Origin: Octopus sinensis | Taxonomy: Eukaryota | Length of the DNA stretch: 64,000 bases | Reading direction: 5' to 3' | Assembly: GCF_006345805.1 (NCBI RefSeq) | Contig: NC_043008.1 | Span: forward strand, 79,608,001 to 79,672,000 | In this document: positions 39,188 to 53,249 of the stretch, one piece after another | Numbering within the stretch: the stretch's first letter is position 1 | How the letters are laid out: the number at the start of each line of letters is the position of its first letter | The notes under the pieces: generated by a model | Databases searched by the model: none | Seen by the model: only the letters and a program-made list of their open reading frames with translations | Told to the model about the DNA's origin: nothing | Position numbers and translations under genes: made by a program

Positions 39188-41108
39188 CAGATAAAGAAGC
39201 TTGGGTAATAGAAAATATCAAGTCACACCCTAAAGCTTTCTTTAAGTTTGCCAAAGAGACAGCCACAGTGCGCCAGAGAATAGGACCTCTCTTCCAAAAA
39301 GATGGCTCACTCACAGGAAATCCCACGAGGATAAGTGAAATACTGAACGAACAGGTCCAATGTGCATTCACTACACCTTTAGGACACAGGCAAGTAAACA
39401 AACCAGAAGAATTCTTTGCCAAAGAGGCAAAAATTAAGTACATCAACATTGAAGATGATGATATCACACTGGCCATAGATGAGATTGACACAAACTCAGC
39501 TGCTGGGCTTGATGGATTTCCAGCGATCCTTCTCAAATCGTGCAAATAAGTCCTTGCAAAACCGCTACAGCTTCTTTTTCAGAGCTTTCTTGCAAGTGGT
39601 AAGCACCCAGTCAAATGGAAAGATGGGGTAATATGCCCTATCCATAAGGGAGGAAGCAGAGCAGATGCTAAAAATTATAGGCCTATCTCTCTGACCTCAC
39701 GCATCAGCAAAGTCATGGAACGAATAGTTTACAAGAAACTAATCATGTTCCTTGAAGAAAATGACTTGCTGACTGAAACCCAGCATGGATTTCGACCAGG
39801 TAGAAGCTGCCCAACGCAGCTCCTGCAACACTACGACTGGGTGTTAAACAGCTACTAAATGGCTCAAATGTAAATGTGATATATCTCGACTTTGCAAAAG
39901 CCTTTGATAAAGTCGACCATGGTATGATCTGTCACAAACTGCATGGTCTCAGCATAGGCGGAAAACTTGGAGAGTGGTTGCACAACTTCCTAAAAGATAG
40001 AAGGCAGGTAGTTGTGGCCAATGGAACCACTTCCAAGGAAACACAAATAACAAGCAGTGTTCCACAGAGCACTGTCTTGGGGCCACTGCTGTTCATAGTG
40101 GCCCTTTCAGTTGCTAAGATTGCCACCCTTGCTAGCTATGCAGATGACACAAAAGTTTCCCACACAATACAAAACCCTGGAAATATTGCACATCTGCAAT
40201 GGGAGTTGGATACAATATACATGTGGGCTGAGGACAACAACATGCAGTTTAATGCAGGGAAGTTCCGGGCTCTGCGCTACCGGCACACAAAGGTAAACGA
40301 CATGCAGACCGGATACACTGGCCCAGGAAGAATTGTAATTCCTGAGTCAAAATCAGTGCATGACCTGGGCATTGACATGAGCAATGATGCATCTTTCCAA
40401 GTGCATATTACTAATTTGGTGATAAAATGCAGACGGCTAGCTGGATGGATTCTCCGAACTTTCAGAACAAGAGAGAAGGAGACGCTGATGGTCCTTTGGA
40501 AGACATTCATCCTCAGCCACTTGGACTACTGCTCCCAACTATGGTCACCACGCAATATAAAGCTAACAGCAGAACTCGAAGCAATTCAATGAAGCTACAC
40601 CAAGAAAATCGTCTCAATGCAACATATCAGCTACTGGGAAAGACTGAAAGTATTAAAACTCTTCTCCCTGGAGCGAAGGCGGGAGAGATGTGCAGTGATA
40701 TACATCTGGAAAATCCTGGAGGGTCTTGTCCCAAACTTTGGCATTCAAAGTTACCCCAACCGTAGAACGTGGCGCCACTGCATGGTGCCAAAGATTCCAA
40801 CATCACCATCAAAATACAGGACCTGATACTGCAACAGCTTGGGTATCAGAGGACCACAGCTCTTTAACATCCTCCCTAAATGCCTGAGAGACCTGCATGG
40901 TGTGGATGTGGGTTTCTTTAAAACTAAACTGGATCTCTTCTTGTCAGGGGTCCCAGATGAACCTACCTCTCAGCAGGAAACACAGATGCAGGCAGCGGCA
41001 TCGAACTCCCTTCTTGATTAAGTGCCACGTATCAGAGGTGGTTTCACATAGCTCATTCAACGGTGGTGCCCCTGCATGGCCACAGCCTTTGGGCTGAAAT
41101 ATTTTTAT
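39188..41108 (+). mobile_element. CR1-like LINE RT region and 3' end, with stops and frameshifts
   Basis: NYRPISLTS, QHGFRPGRSC, YLDFAKAFDKVDH, VPQSTVLGPLLF, SYADDTK and HLDYCSQLWSP. Confidence 0.9.
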
Positions 41109-41119
41109 GGATTAAGGAT

Positions 41120-41238
41120 TTATATACATATATATATATATATATACATATATATATACATGTGATATATATACATATGTATATATATACATATATATAC
41201 AATCTTTATATATCACATATATATACATATATATATAT

Positions 41239-41269
<31 letters not shown>

Positions 41270-41270
41270 G

Positions 41271-41320
<50 letters not shown>

Positions 41321-41341
41321 ATATATATATATATATATATA

Positions 41342-41399
<58 letters not shown>

Positions 41400-41428
41400 A
41401 TTATATATATATATATATACATAATATA

Positions 41429-41460
<32 letters not shown>

Positions 41461-41900
41461 CATATATCTATATTATACATATATTATATGATACATATAA
41501 TATATATCTATATACCTATATATATCATTATATATCACATAATATATATTATACATATATCTATAATATATATATATATACATACATATATATATAAATA
41601 CATATATATATATACACATATATATATACATACATATATATACACATATATATACAACACACATATATATATACATTATATATACATATATATACATACA
41701 CTATATTATATACATATATATACATATACATATATATACAAATAATATACATATACATATATATATATACATATATATATACATATATATATATACATAT
41801 ATATATACATATATATATATACATATATATATATATACATATATATATACATACATATATATATATACATACACATATATATATATACATACACATATAT

Positions 41901-41932
<32 letters not shown>

Positions 41933-41973
41933 AACATACACACACACATATATATATATATACATATATATAT
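41120..41973. repeat. Long compound (TA)n/(TACA)n microsatellite; similar tracts lie at about 17500, 19470, 28055, 28920, 30340, 31450, 35660 and 46790
   Basis: Directly visible dinucleotide tracts. Confidence 0.95.
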
Positions 41974-42741
41974 CGTGTTCTTGACCACTTTCCCCCCTCT
42001 CTATTTTACTCTGTCTCTCTCTCTATGTTCCACAATGTCTCCCTCTTTCGATTACCACTCGCTTCGCCAAGACTTCCTCCACCACCATCGCCCTATATAA
42101 ACTAGCGCACGCACACGGACTCCCACTTGCTTTTAATCCCCTGCCGAAGAATAACGGATCGCTGATGTACAGATAAGAATTTTCTTCTTTCATCTTCTCA
42201 CTATTTCTGTGCAGATCATTATCCTTTCAGCTATTCTTTTCATTATTCTGTTTAGTTCAGTAACATGCCATCATGTAAATATAGTTTTCAATAGTCTCAT
42301 CTTCATTGTTGTTCCCTTAAGATAACCTTATATTCCTTGATTCATTCAGCTATTAAAGTCTTATCACACAGCCACTTATTTATTCTCTAAATTTTGTCTT
42401 AGATTGTCTGATGGAGAACTCTCAGATTTTTCAAGTCTATTTTTACTATTATCAACATTTGCTCTCTCGTTAAATTAGCAGGCCCTCTTTCTAGTTCGAG
42501 GTGCGCCCGCCCTCCCATCCCCTCCACCTGTACCAGAAGTTCCTATCCTTTGTCATCCCTGGGTTACCTCATATGAACACTGCTAAAAGCATTCGCCATC
42601 CCCACCCCTAGTCTAGGGCTATCTCCTGTGTAAGGTAATGATCATATAGTGCAAAATATGAATGGGTAGTGATATGCAGGTTGAACTGAAGGCTACTGTA
42701 TTGCTTGCTCATGAATTCTGCCAAATGCAAGTTTTCTTTTC

Positions 42742-45260
42742 AGGCACATGAAGCTACTGTCCGCCGTCCCAGGTTCTCATGGGCCCATACCTCCCACACC
42801 CTCAGGGTTGGCACTCTCAACGTTAGCACACTGAAAGGTAGGTCTGGTGAGATTGTTGAGATGCTTGAACGGAGATGTGTCGATATGTGCTGCATCCAAG
42901 AAGTAAAGTGGAGAGGAGGTTCTGCTAGGTTCCTCACATGCAAAGAACACAGGTACAAGATTTTCTGGGCTGGGAACACTGATGGGGTCAGAGGCATGGG
43001 TATACTTCATGCTGAAAAATGAGTAAATAAGGTAATTGAGGTAGTCAGAGTATGCAACAGAATACTTAAGATTAGATTAGTGCATCACCATAGGTTAACA
43101 ACCACTATATCAGCCTATGCCCCTCGGCTGGGGCTAACCGATGGACAGAAAGACCGATTCTATGACACTCTACTGCAGACTAACTCGTTGACAAATGACA
43201 AGCACCTTCTCTTTGTGGCTGGTGACTTCAATGGACATGTTAGACAACATACAGTGACCTTCCATGGAGTACATGGAGGCTACAGTTATGGTTCCCACAA
43301 CGAGGAGGGAACCAGGTTGCTGGAGTTCTGCGATGCAAATGATCTTATGGTTTGCAATACTAACTTCAGGAAACCTACCAGCCACCTAATCACCTACCGC
43401 TCGGGCTGACATACTAGCCAAATTGACTACATCCTTGCCAGAAAAAGGGAAAGATGGCTGCTTACAAGTGCCAAAACCTTCCCAGGCGAAGAATGTACCT
43501 CACAACATAGACTGGTAGTTAGTGACTTTAGGATCAAGACTAAGTGGACAACCAGAAGACGACCAACATGGAGAAGAAGGGTCTGGATCCTGCAAATGGA
43601 CAGAGATTTAGTGACATATTACTCGAAGCCTTTGACGAAATAGAAGGGGATATAGCTTCACATGGTGTAGAAGACAACTGACGGTTTCTAAGGGACAACC
43701 TGCTGAGAGCCACTGGCCAGATATGTGGATGGTGCAAACAGACAGGCTTGGAAGGACTGGAAGAACAGTGGTAGCAGGGAATCATATCAGACTGCCAGAA
43801 GAGAAACTAGGAGACAGGTTTATTCAGCTAGAGGGGAAGCAGATAAGAAAAAATTTGCCAATGTTCTGCGCCGTGAGGACCAAAGACTTGAGGTATTTCA
43901 TGTTGCAAGACAGTGTGTGAGAGAGAATTGTGATGTAGGAGAGAAATGTGTCCACATGGATGATGGTTCTCTTGCACTAAATGGGGCTGCAAAGAGAGAG
44001 GTTTGGAGACACCACTATGAAACATTGCTGAATAAAGAAAATGAATGGGAGAGAGTCTGCATAATGTCGACCAGCTATCCATGTTGACAGTACCTTGGTA
44101 GATAAAGCAATTAAAAGTATGATGACAGGGAAAGCCCCCAGCCCATCAGGAATTACTGCAGAGATGCTCAAAATATCTGGCAGTGTCGGCTATAGCCTGT
44201 TCACCCGTATAGTTAACCAGGTGATATACAAAGGAGTCATATCCAATGGCTGGTGTAGCAGCATAATAGTCAACTGCTACAAAGGTAAAGGAGACGCTTT
44301 AGATACAAATAATTACAGAGGTATCAAGCTCTTGGATCAGGTAATGAAGATCACGGAGAGGGTCATAGCCCAAGTAATTAGGGAGAGAGTCAGTTTGGAT
44401 GAGATGCAGTTTGGTTTCGTGCCAGGGAAAAGCACCACTGATGCTATATTTCTGGTTAGACAGCTGCAGGAGAAATACCTAGCCAAAGATAAGGCCCTGT
44501 ACCTGGCTTTCATTGACATGGGGAAAGCCTTTCACAGAGTCCTCCAATCCCTTATCTGGTGGTCAATGAGGAAACTAGGGATAGATGAATGGTTAGTGAG
44601 AGCTGTGCAAGCCATTTACAGGGACGCTGTCAGTAAGGTGAGGGTTGGCAACGAGGACAGTGAAGAATTCCGGGTAGAGGTTGGGGTCCACCACAGTTGT
44701 CCTCAGCCCCTCCTATTTATCATAGTCCTCCAGGCAATAAGACAGGATGCCCCTGGGAGCTCCTCTATGTTAACGACCTTGCTCTAATTGCTGAGTCACT
44801 ATCAGAACTAGAGAAGTTTCAGGTGCGGAAACAAGGACTAGAATCGAATGGACTTAGAATCAACCTAGCTAAAACCAAAGTCCTAATAAGTAGGAAGGCA
44901 GGCAAACCACAAATCCCTTCAGATAGATGGCCCTGCTCGATCTGTAGAAAAGGTGTAGGTAGAAACTCTATAAGATGTACCCAGTGTAAGCTATGGACAC
45001 ATAAGAGGTGCAGCAATAACAAAGGAAGGCTAACTGGGAGGATAGCTTTTATATGTGGCAAATGCTCAGATGCTATAAATAACACTGAAAATGTGCAGAG
45101 AACAACTTCCACCACATTCCAGGGAGAAAAACTAGAAGTAGTTGATAGCTTCCATTACCTAGGTGACCAAGTCAGCAGTGGGGGAGGGTGCGCTGAAAGT
45201 GTAGCTGTTAGAATAAGAATAGGGAGCTCTTATCTCTACTGGTGACAAAGGTAGACTAGA
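42742..45260 (+). mobile_element. Decayed RTE LINE (APE, RT and PHD-like finger), same family as 20327-22418
   Basis: LRVGTLNVSTL, CCIQEVKW, VAGDFNGHV, QIDYIL, NYRGIKLL, LLYVNDL and WPCSICRKGVGRNSIRCTQC. Confidence 0.9.
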
Positions 45261-45796
45261 TATCAAGTATCTAACCAGAGGCAGTAAATTCGCCACAATA
45301 AAAGCAAGGTTCGAGTCAACGGAGCATGCAAGGGAGTACTCGACTCGAACCTTGCAAAGTGGAAATATTTTATTTTTACCTCTATATCTGGACGTATGAC
45401 GTCCCGGATAAAAATTTAAAATGTCCCCCCAGAAGTAGAGGTAGGCTGGATTGTAGCCACACTTCTATACAAGAGGGAGGACAAGATACAATTGATCGAA
45501 ATTGTAAGAGATGGGCCTTCAATTCCAGTCTGTTATATATTTTGAGTATTGTTATCACTAGCGATATCAAGATATAACTTTGTATTTTGTATTTTATGTG
45601 TAGATGTATATATATAGATGTACATGTAATATGTACACATATATACATGCACTAGCACTATGACCCGGCACCGCCTGGTCATAATGCTAGTATACATATA
45701 TATATATACACATATATATATAACCCGTGCTAGCGCGGAAAACGGACGTTAAACGATGATGATGATGATGATGATATATATACATATATATACATA

Positions 45797-46712
45797 CATT
45801 CAAAATGTGACCGCGTGTGTACCGTTGGCGATTTTTTTCCTCCGTCTTCCCTTCTCTGGATCTTTCCTTTTCCTATGTTTCTGACGAAGAGCTCCACTCA
45901 ATACATAAAACCCTCCTTCTTCCCTTCCTTCCTGAGTGTCCAATAATACTATATTTGTTCCACGCCCTCGCGTTGTTGTGTTTTCTCTTTGTGTTTTCAT
46001 GTTTGGATTAACTACATATATATATACATATATATATACATACATATATATATATATATTTTCAAGCCAAGTTGGGAGGGGTCAGTTAGGGAAGATGTGC
46101 GAAGTGGAGGGGGTCGGACTGGAGTCGCCAGGAGGCTGGGAGAATGGTGCATTGGAGAGGTAGGGTGGTGGGGTGGTAGGTGAGGGAGGCAGGAGATGGC
46201 AGGGTGGGTTCAAGGGGTGAGAGCAGATGCACGGTGCACGGAACGTATCCTGGCAAGAGCGGTGTCGATGGAGGTGAGGGAATATCCATGTAGGATATGA
46301 AGTGGCGAGCTATGAGTGGAGACTGACTCTCAAAGTCATAGTCATCACTACAGCGCCTGCGTAGATGGAGGAATTGGGAATAGGGGATGGAAAGCTTGGT
46401 GTGATTAGGGTGGGAGGAAGAGAAGTTGAGGAATGAGTGTGAGTGTGTTTGTAGTAGATGGAGGTGGTGAGAGTACAGTGATGAATGCTGACCGAAATGT
46501 CAAGAAAGGAGACAGAGGTGTCAGAGATAGTGCAGTAGAATTGGAGGGCAGGATGGAAAGATTTCACAAAAGAGAGGAAGGAGTCTAGTTGTTCAGGAGA
46601 GAGTCAGGTCGCACCAATACAGTCGTCAATATAACAGCCATATAGTTCGGGAGCGGGACCAGTGAAACCTGAAAATATTTGGGCCTCGATGTAACCAACA
46701 AACAGGTTTGCA
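45797..46712. mobile_element. Penelope-like remnant: pLTR (+, 45797-46010, decayed hammerhead core CTGACGA at 45881) and RT fragment (-, 46064-46712)
   Basis: SVSFLDISVSI and surrounding sequence are homologous to 25750-26330. Confidence 0.75.
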
Positions 46713-47096
46713 AAGTTACACATATATATAGATATATATATTACATACATATAAGAGTAATGACCACTCAGTGGACATCCATTATGCTACATATATATGT
46801 ATATATACATATCCATATATATATATACACACACATATACAAATACACATATATATATAGACATTTGTATCCATGCATATACACATATATACATACATGT
46901 ATATACACACATATATACATGTATATACACACATATATACATGTATATACACATATATAGACATGTATATACACACATATACATATATATACACATATAT
47001 ACATATACACACATATATATAGATACATATATATACATGTATATGCACACATATACATGTATATACAGACATACACACAGATATATACACATATAT

Positions 47097-47990
47097 ACAG
47101 GGTGGGGAAGCAAAATTTACTATATTTTGAAGCAGGGATTGAAAGACAGTGTATTAGTTTATTGAAAGTCATGAGAATTTATTTGCCACAAGAAAATTTA
47201 CATAATAGAAAATGTTTTTATTCTATGTGTCCCCCTTCTTTCTCAATAACTGCATTCACACGCTTCCTGAAACTTGCACAAGTGTTCCTCAAATATTCGG
47301 GAAACAATTTCTCCCATTCTTTAAGAGTCGACATTGCTGTGTGATGTTCTAAAACGCCCCAAATAGCATAATCCAGAGGGTTTAGATCTGGGCTAGAAGG
47401 CAGCCATAAACATCATTCAAAATAATTGCTAAAGTTGGATTTGCAGAAATCTTGTATTTTTCTAGCTGTGTGGGCCGGAGCACCATCCTGTGTCCATACA
47501 TAATTACCATCTGGGCAGTTTGCTTTAAGCCATGGTAATACCTGGTTTCTCAAAGTCTTGTAGTAAGTATTAACATTGATCTTTACATCAGCTTTGTAGA
47601 AATTTATAGGCATTTTCTTTCTATTGGAAGCCACAACACCAAAAGCCATAACTTGAGCAGGATGTTTTGTTTTGAATGTCCCCTTAACCTCACCTGTCAA
47701 TTTTGCGATAAATCTGTCATTTCTGCGGTTCAGAACAGCATCGACAGTGAAGGAGCTTTTCACCTGAAAAGATTGTTACAATGGAGGACTTTTTCTGAAC
47801 CATGTAATAATTTTCTTGCACCTTTCCAATCTCTTTTCCTTCATAACTGTCTTCAACAAGTGTTTCGGTGTTCTTGTGTAAGATTTTAACCTCAAATCAT
47901 ATTTTGCTGCATTTCTAATGGTCTTGTTGTCTACATCAAGTTCAATTGCCATTTTTTTCATGTATTTGGTTAGATCCTTTAGGATTTGGG
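47097..47990 (-). mobile_element. Tc1/mariner-superfamily (maT/DD37D-like) transposase remnant
   Basis: KHPAQVMAFGVVAS, TQDGAPAHTA and WLPSSPDLNPLDYAIW; TA|CAGGGTGGGG terminus. Confidence 0.75.
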
Positions 47991-48136
47991 ATCATCTAAG
48001 CTGACCCTCATTACCTCCACGCCACCTATGTTATGCAAGGGAAAGGCAAAGGCTGATACAGCTCGACCCCTGTAATGTTGCAAATCACTTCAAACATCTG
48101 AGTGAACTGGAGCAATATGAAATAAAGTGTTTTGCT

Positions 48137-48830
48137 CAAGTTGGGCTATGACCCTCTCCGTGACATTCATTACCTGATCCAACAACTTGATATCTCTGTA
48201 ATTATTTGTATCTAAAGCGTCACCTTTACCTTTGTAGCAGTTGACTATAGTGCTGCTACACCAGTCATTGGGTATGACTCCTTCGTGTATCACCTGGTTA
48301 ACTATACGGGAGACTAGGCTACAGCCGACACTGCCAGATATTTTGAGCATTTCTGCAGTAATTCCTGATGAGCTGGGGGCTTTCCCTGTCTTCATACTTT
48401 TAATTGCTTTATCTACCAAGGTACTGTCAACTCAGGCAGCGAGCTAGCAGAATCGTTAGCACATCGGGCGAAATGCTTAGCGGTATTTCGTCTGCCATTA
48501 CGTTGTGAGTTCAAATTCCGCCGAGGTCGACTTTGCCTTTCATCCTTTCGAGGTCGATAAATTAAGTACCAGTTAAGCACTGGGGTCGATATAATCGACT
48601 TAATACCTATGTCTGTCCATGTTTGTCCCCTCTATGTTCAGCCCCTTGTGGGTAATAAAGAAATAGGTACTGTCAACTCAGATAGCTGGTCACTTTGTTG
48701 GGTTGACATTCGGCAGACTCCCTTTCTCCCATTAATTTTCTTTATTCAGCAATGTTTCATAGTGGCATCTCCAAATCTCTCTCTTTGCAACCTCATTTAG
48801 TCCAAGTGAACCATCATCCATGCAAACAGA
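48137..48830 (-). mobile_element. RTE LINE fragment interrupted by a SINE
   Basis: ORF 48090..48419 has GKAPSSSGITAEMLK...NYRDIKLLDQV. Confidence 0.8.
48435..48664 (+). mobile_element. tRNA-derived SINE with 16-bp TSD (resembles octopus OR2-type)
   Basis: TSD AGGTACTGTCAACTCA at 48419-48434 and 48665-48680; A box-like TAGCAGAATCG, B box GAGTTCAAATTCC and central GCCTTTCATCCTTTCGAGGTCGATAAA domain. Confidence 0.88.
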
Positions 48831-49295
48831 TTTCTCTCCTAATATTCATATATCTGTAAATGTAATATGTGGCAATTATTCGGTAGCCATGATAAAAAAC
48901 ATGATAAAAGTTTCAGATGCCAGGGTGGCAATCCACGCGGCCATCGATGGCGGTGTGGATTTCCACCCTGGCGTTCGAAACTCGGAGTTTTATCATGGCT
49001 ACCAAATAATTGTCACATATTACATTTACAGATAAACTCCTCTATCTACATAATATCGAGGTCTCATTCGTTCTTTCGTTGGCTTATACAGGTACATATA
49101 TAAATACACAATATATATAATATCCTTGCCTTCGAAACAGAGTAGATGAAACAGGGACGACTGAAGAGGAATATTCTTTATGTTGTATGTCTCGTCTGTT
49201 TTTATCGCTGTTCAAAAGAGTTCATATCTGTTTTTGTTTTTACGTTTCTGTTCCTCACTGTGTTCAACGTTTATTTTGACACCCTGTACCCATAT

Positions 49296-49344
<49 letters not shown>

Positions 49345-49388
49345 GGTATGTACATATATGCGTGTGTGTGTATATATATATATATATA

Positions 49389-50572
49389 TCAGGTCCGATT
49401 CTACCTTTTTTAAAATCAGAATTTTAAAATTAGAACATCTAATTGAATTAGAAATTATTTCTATACATGTGTACATTTAAACTAATGAAATATTATTTTA
49501 CAGAATGATAGAATTAAAATTCAATTAAAACCCTTTCAAACATGGAAGTATCAAAACAGCATTTGAGTACAAAAAAGGAAACTCAGCAGCCAATGCAACT
49601 TGAAACATACACTCAGTTTATGGGAAAGAATGCTTGAATGAAAGAACTTGCAGAAGATGGTTTGCAAAATTCTGAAGTGGAGATTCCAGCCTTGAAGATG
49701 AAGATCACACGGGATGACCAGTTGAGTTTGATGATAAGCTCCTTGAGACATTACCTGAAGAAAATCCTGCATTATCAGTTGAAGAATTGGCAATAAAGCT
49801 TAGTCCAAACCATACAACTATTCATCATCATCTTCACCAACTTGGAAACGTTCCTAAACTTGGAAAATGGGGGCCTCATGAATTGTCCGAAAGCAACTGC
49901 AAATCCCAAGTTGACATCTGCTCTTCTCTCCATTCTCGTAAACTCATTTCACCCTTTTTGGATAGACTTGTGACGATAAATGGATCTTCTATCAAAATGT
50001 TAAATGTAAACAGTGGCTTGGGAAAAGGGAAAAAGCTCAACCATAACCAAGAAGGGAACTTCATGGAGAAAAGGTCCTCTATCCGGTGAGATTGCAAAGG
50101 GGTAATTCACTTTGAACTGTTACAACCTAATGCAACAATCAATGCTCAAGTCTACTGTGAGCAATTAGAGCATTTGAACCAAGTTTTGAAGAAAAAAAGC
50201 CCTGCTTTAGTGAATCAAAAAGGAGAGACATTTCATCAGGACAATGCGTGACCCCACACTGCAAAGATCACATCACAAAAGATCAAAGAGCCTGGTTGGG
50301 AAAAAATTCCTCATCTACCTAATTCTCCCGACCTTGCTCCTTCAGACTACCATTTGCAAGCCAGGAGGAGGCCGTAACTAACATTTTAGAGTTCTTCGCT
50401 TTGGAACCAAGAGTTTTACATTGATGGGATTAAAAAGTTTGTAAATAGATGGAAGGAAGTCATAGATAACCAATTGATGATAACCATTGATGATTAAATT
50501 TCAATTAAATATAACATTTGATCACTGATTTTCTTTATTCAAAATTCAGAGAGAAGCTAGGGGATGACCGGA
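49389..50572 (+). mobile_element. Decayed mariner element
   Basis: LGKWGPHELSE, FLDRLVT, FHQDNA and PNSPDLAPSDYH motifs. Confidence 0.8.
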
Positions 50573-50774
50573 TATATACGTACATATATACCCGCATATA
50601 CTCATATATATATACACACACACATACACATATGGTGCTTGTCTGCTCCTGTTGCTGAGTTTGACCACCTCCTGTCCCTGCACCATCAAGGCATGTGATA
50701 TGGCTTTTGAAACCAGACAATGCTCTGGAAAGACACGCACATAGATTGCACCTATTATTTGGACCACCAAGAGC

Positions 50775-53230
50775 AGCAGATAAGTTTTGCTCTTTGTGGA
50801 TCTTAAAATGGCTCGAGGCCCCCGCACACACAAACATTCTCCCAAGGCAGTGGATGTAGGGGTTTTCAAATCAAAACTGCACCTCTTCCTGTCGAGAGTC
50901 CCAGATGAACCTACCTCCCAAGAAGAGGTGCAAATCCCAGTAGCGACATCAAACTCTTATTCACCAAATGCCATATATTGGAGGACGCTCTCAATAACTG
51001 TGTAGCAAAACGGCAGTGCTCCAGCATAGAAGCAGCTCTGAGCTGAAACTACCAAAAAAAAAAAAAAAAAAAAAAGGAAAACATATACAAAAATTCTATT
51101 CATGGAATAGATCGTAGTCTCCAACCAGGAACATAAATATCCTTGACCTCTGTTTTACAAACTATTCAGAAATTATCCAGAATGCAAATATATCACCAAC
51201 AGCATTCTCAGACCATATCATGATGGAAGTGACAATGTATGGCCCAGAATTAACTAAAGACTCCACATAGATGGCTCTCAAACCCTATCTAGCCTTAACT
51301 TCTGTAATGCCGAATGGAAGTCACTTGAAAAACATACTCCAGCAAGACTGGCCTAAAAATCTCTTTATGCCAGACATAGATATGAAACTCAATAATAATG
51401 CAAGCAATATGCATTATATATGTCCCAGAGAAGGGAGCCAATACTCACAAAAACATTTCCAGAGACATGAGAATAAAAATCCATCATTTAAACAAACACC
51501 TTAATGACAGTGTAAAATCCTACATGACAGAGGAACTCTTCGAGATGGAAAAATAAACTCAAAATCACCTGTAGAGAAGAGAAACCTGGGCAGTTAAAAA
51601 ATTTTTTTTAATCCTAAAGCCTCCTACATGTTGGCAAAGGAGTCTGCTGTAAGATAGGGCCACTATTTGGTAAAGAAAAGCTGCTAACTGCAGACCTGGT
51701 GAAGCACTAAAACAATTCTGAAGTTTTTACTTCTCCACTGGAAAATATGAAAATAGACAAGCCAAGCACGTGGTAAACTTCCCAACCTCCTAAAAAAGGT
51801 ATATGCCCTAACCATAAAGGAAGGAGCAAACAAGATGCTAAAACCTACAGGCCCATCTCCCTAACCTCACATAAAACAGTCAGAAAAAGGCTGATCATGT
51901 TTCTACTAGAAACATGGCACTCGTCCAGGGAGAAGCTGCCTCACAGTTGCTGCAGCACTTTAGCTGGGTATTGAAGCAACAGCTAAACCAGTCAGCTATA
52001 GACATGATATACCTCAACTTTGCCAATGCTTTCGACAAGGTTGATCAAGGCATATGTCACAAGCTGCGAAACCTTTGTATTACTGGGAAAGTAGGAGAGT
52101 GGCTGCATGTTTTCCTGAAGGGAAGGAGTCAGACAGTTATAGGAAATGGTGCTCTTTGAAGAGACACCAATTCTCAAGGGAACCTAACTGGGGCCACCAC
52201 TAATTGTGGTGGCCCTCTGCAGTACTGTCAGCCAATCTGACCAGTTATTTATACATACACATATACACACACACATGGAGGAACAATGTCCCAGTGGTTA
52301 GGGCAGCAGACATGCAGCTGTAGGATCAGTTTCGATTCCCAGACTGGGTGTTTATTGAACAAAAACAACCAAAACTCCACGGGGCTCCAGCAGGGGGGGG
52401 GGGGTGAACCCTGCTGTACTCTTTCAACACAACTCTTGTCTTTGTACCCAAGAACTATGTTAAGGGTACACGTGTCTGTAGAGTGCTCAGTAAGTTGCAA
52501 GTTAATTTCACGAGCAGGCTGTTCCATTGATCAGATCAACTGGAACCCTTGTCATCTTAACCGATGGAATGCCACAACATACATATGCATATATACATAC
52601 ACATGGATGTATCCTTAAAAATTTTGGACAGAGAGATCAGGAAACCAGTGTTCCTCTGAAGGACACTTGTCCTAATCGGCTTTGAGTATTGCTCCCAGCT
52701 ATGGTCACCAACCAGTGTAAAATTAATTACAGTCCAACAAAGCTACTCAGAGAAGACAGCCTCTACGGTACTGGGCAAGACTGAAGAGATTTAGACTATT
52801 CTCCAGAGTGTAGGCATGAAAGATATGCCATAATGTATATCTGGAAGATCCTAGATGGACTTGTCCTAAACTTTGGCATTGAGAGTAACACTAATACTAT
52901 AAAAGGCTCTACTGCATAGTGCCAAGGACTAACTTTGCCAACATGACATAAGATATTGCAACAGCTTGGTTTTTAAAAGCCCAGTTCTTTAAAATCATCC
53001 CAAAAGGCTTGAGAGATCAACATGGGGTAGAGATGTCTTCAAAACGAAACTAGACCTCTTACTGCCAAGTGTCCCAGACGAACCAACTTCACTGCAAGAA
53101 GTGTAGATGAGGGTAGCAGCGTCAAACTCATGCACCAAATGTCAATTTCTAAAAAGAAAGTAAAATTGTAGCAACACCAAATAGCAGTGATCCAGCATGG
53201 CCACAGCTCATGAGTTGAAACTAGATCAAA
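50775..53230 (+). mobile_element. Cluster of decayed CR1-like LINE pieces with a tRNA-SINE at about 52277-52575
   Basis: IYLNFANAFDKVDQG, VPDEPT 3' ends at about 50900 and 53075, and a poly(A) at 51054-51075; the SINE has CCCAGTGGTTAGGGC and GTTTCGATTCCC. Confidence 0.7.
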
Positions 53231-53249
53231 TTGAATCCTATATATATAT

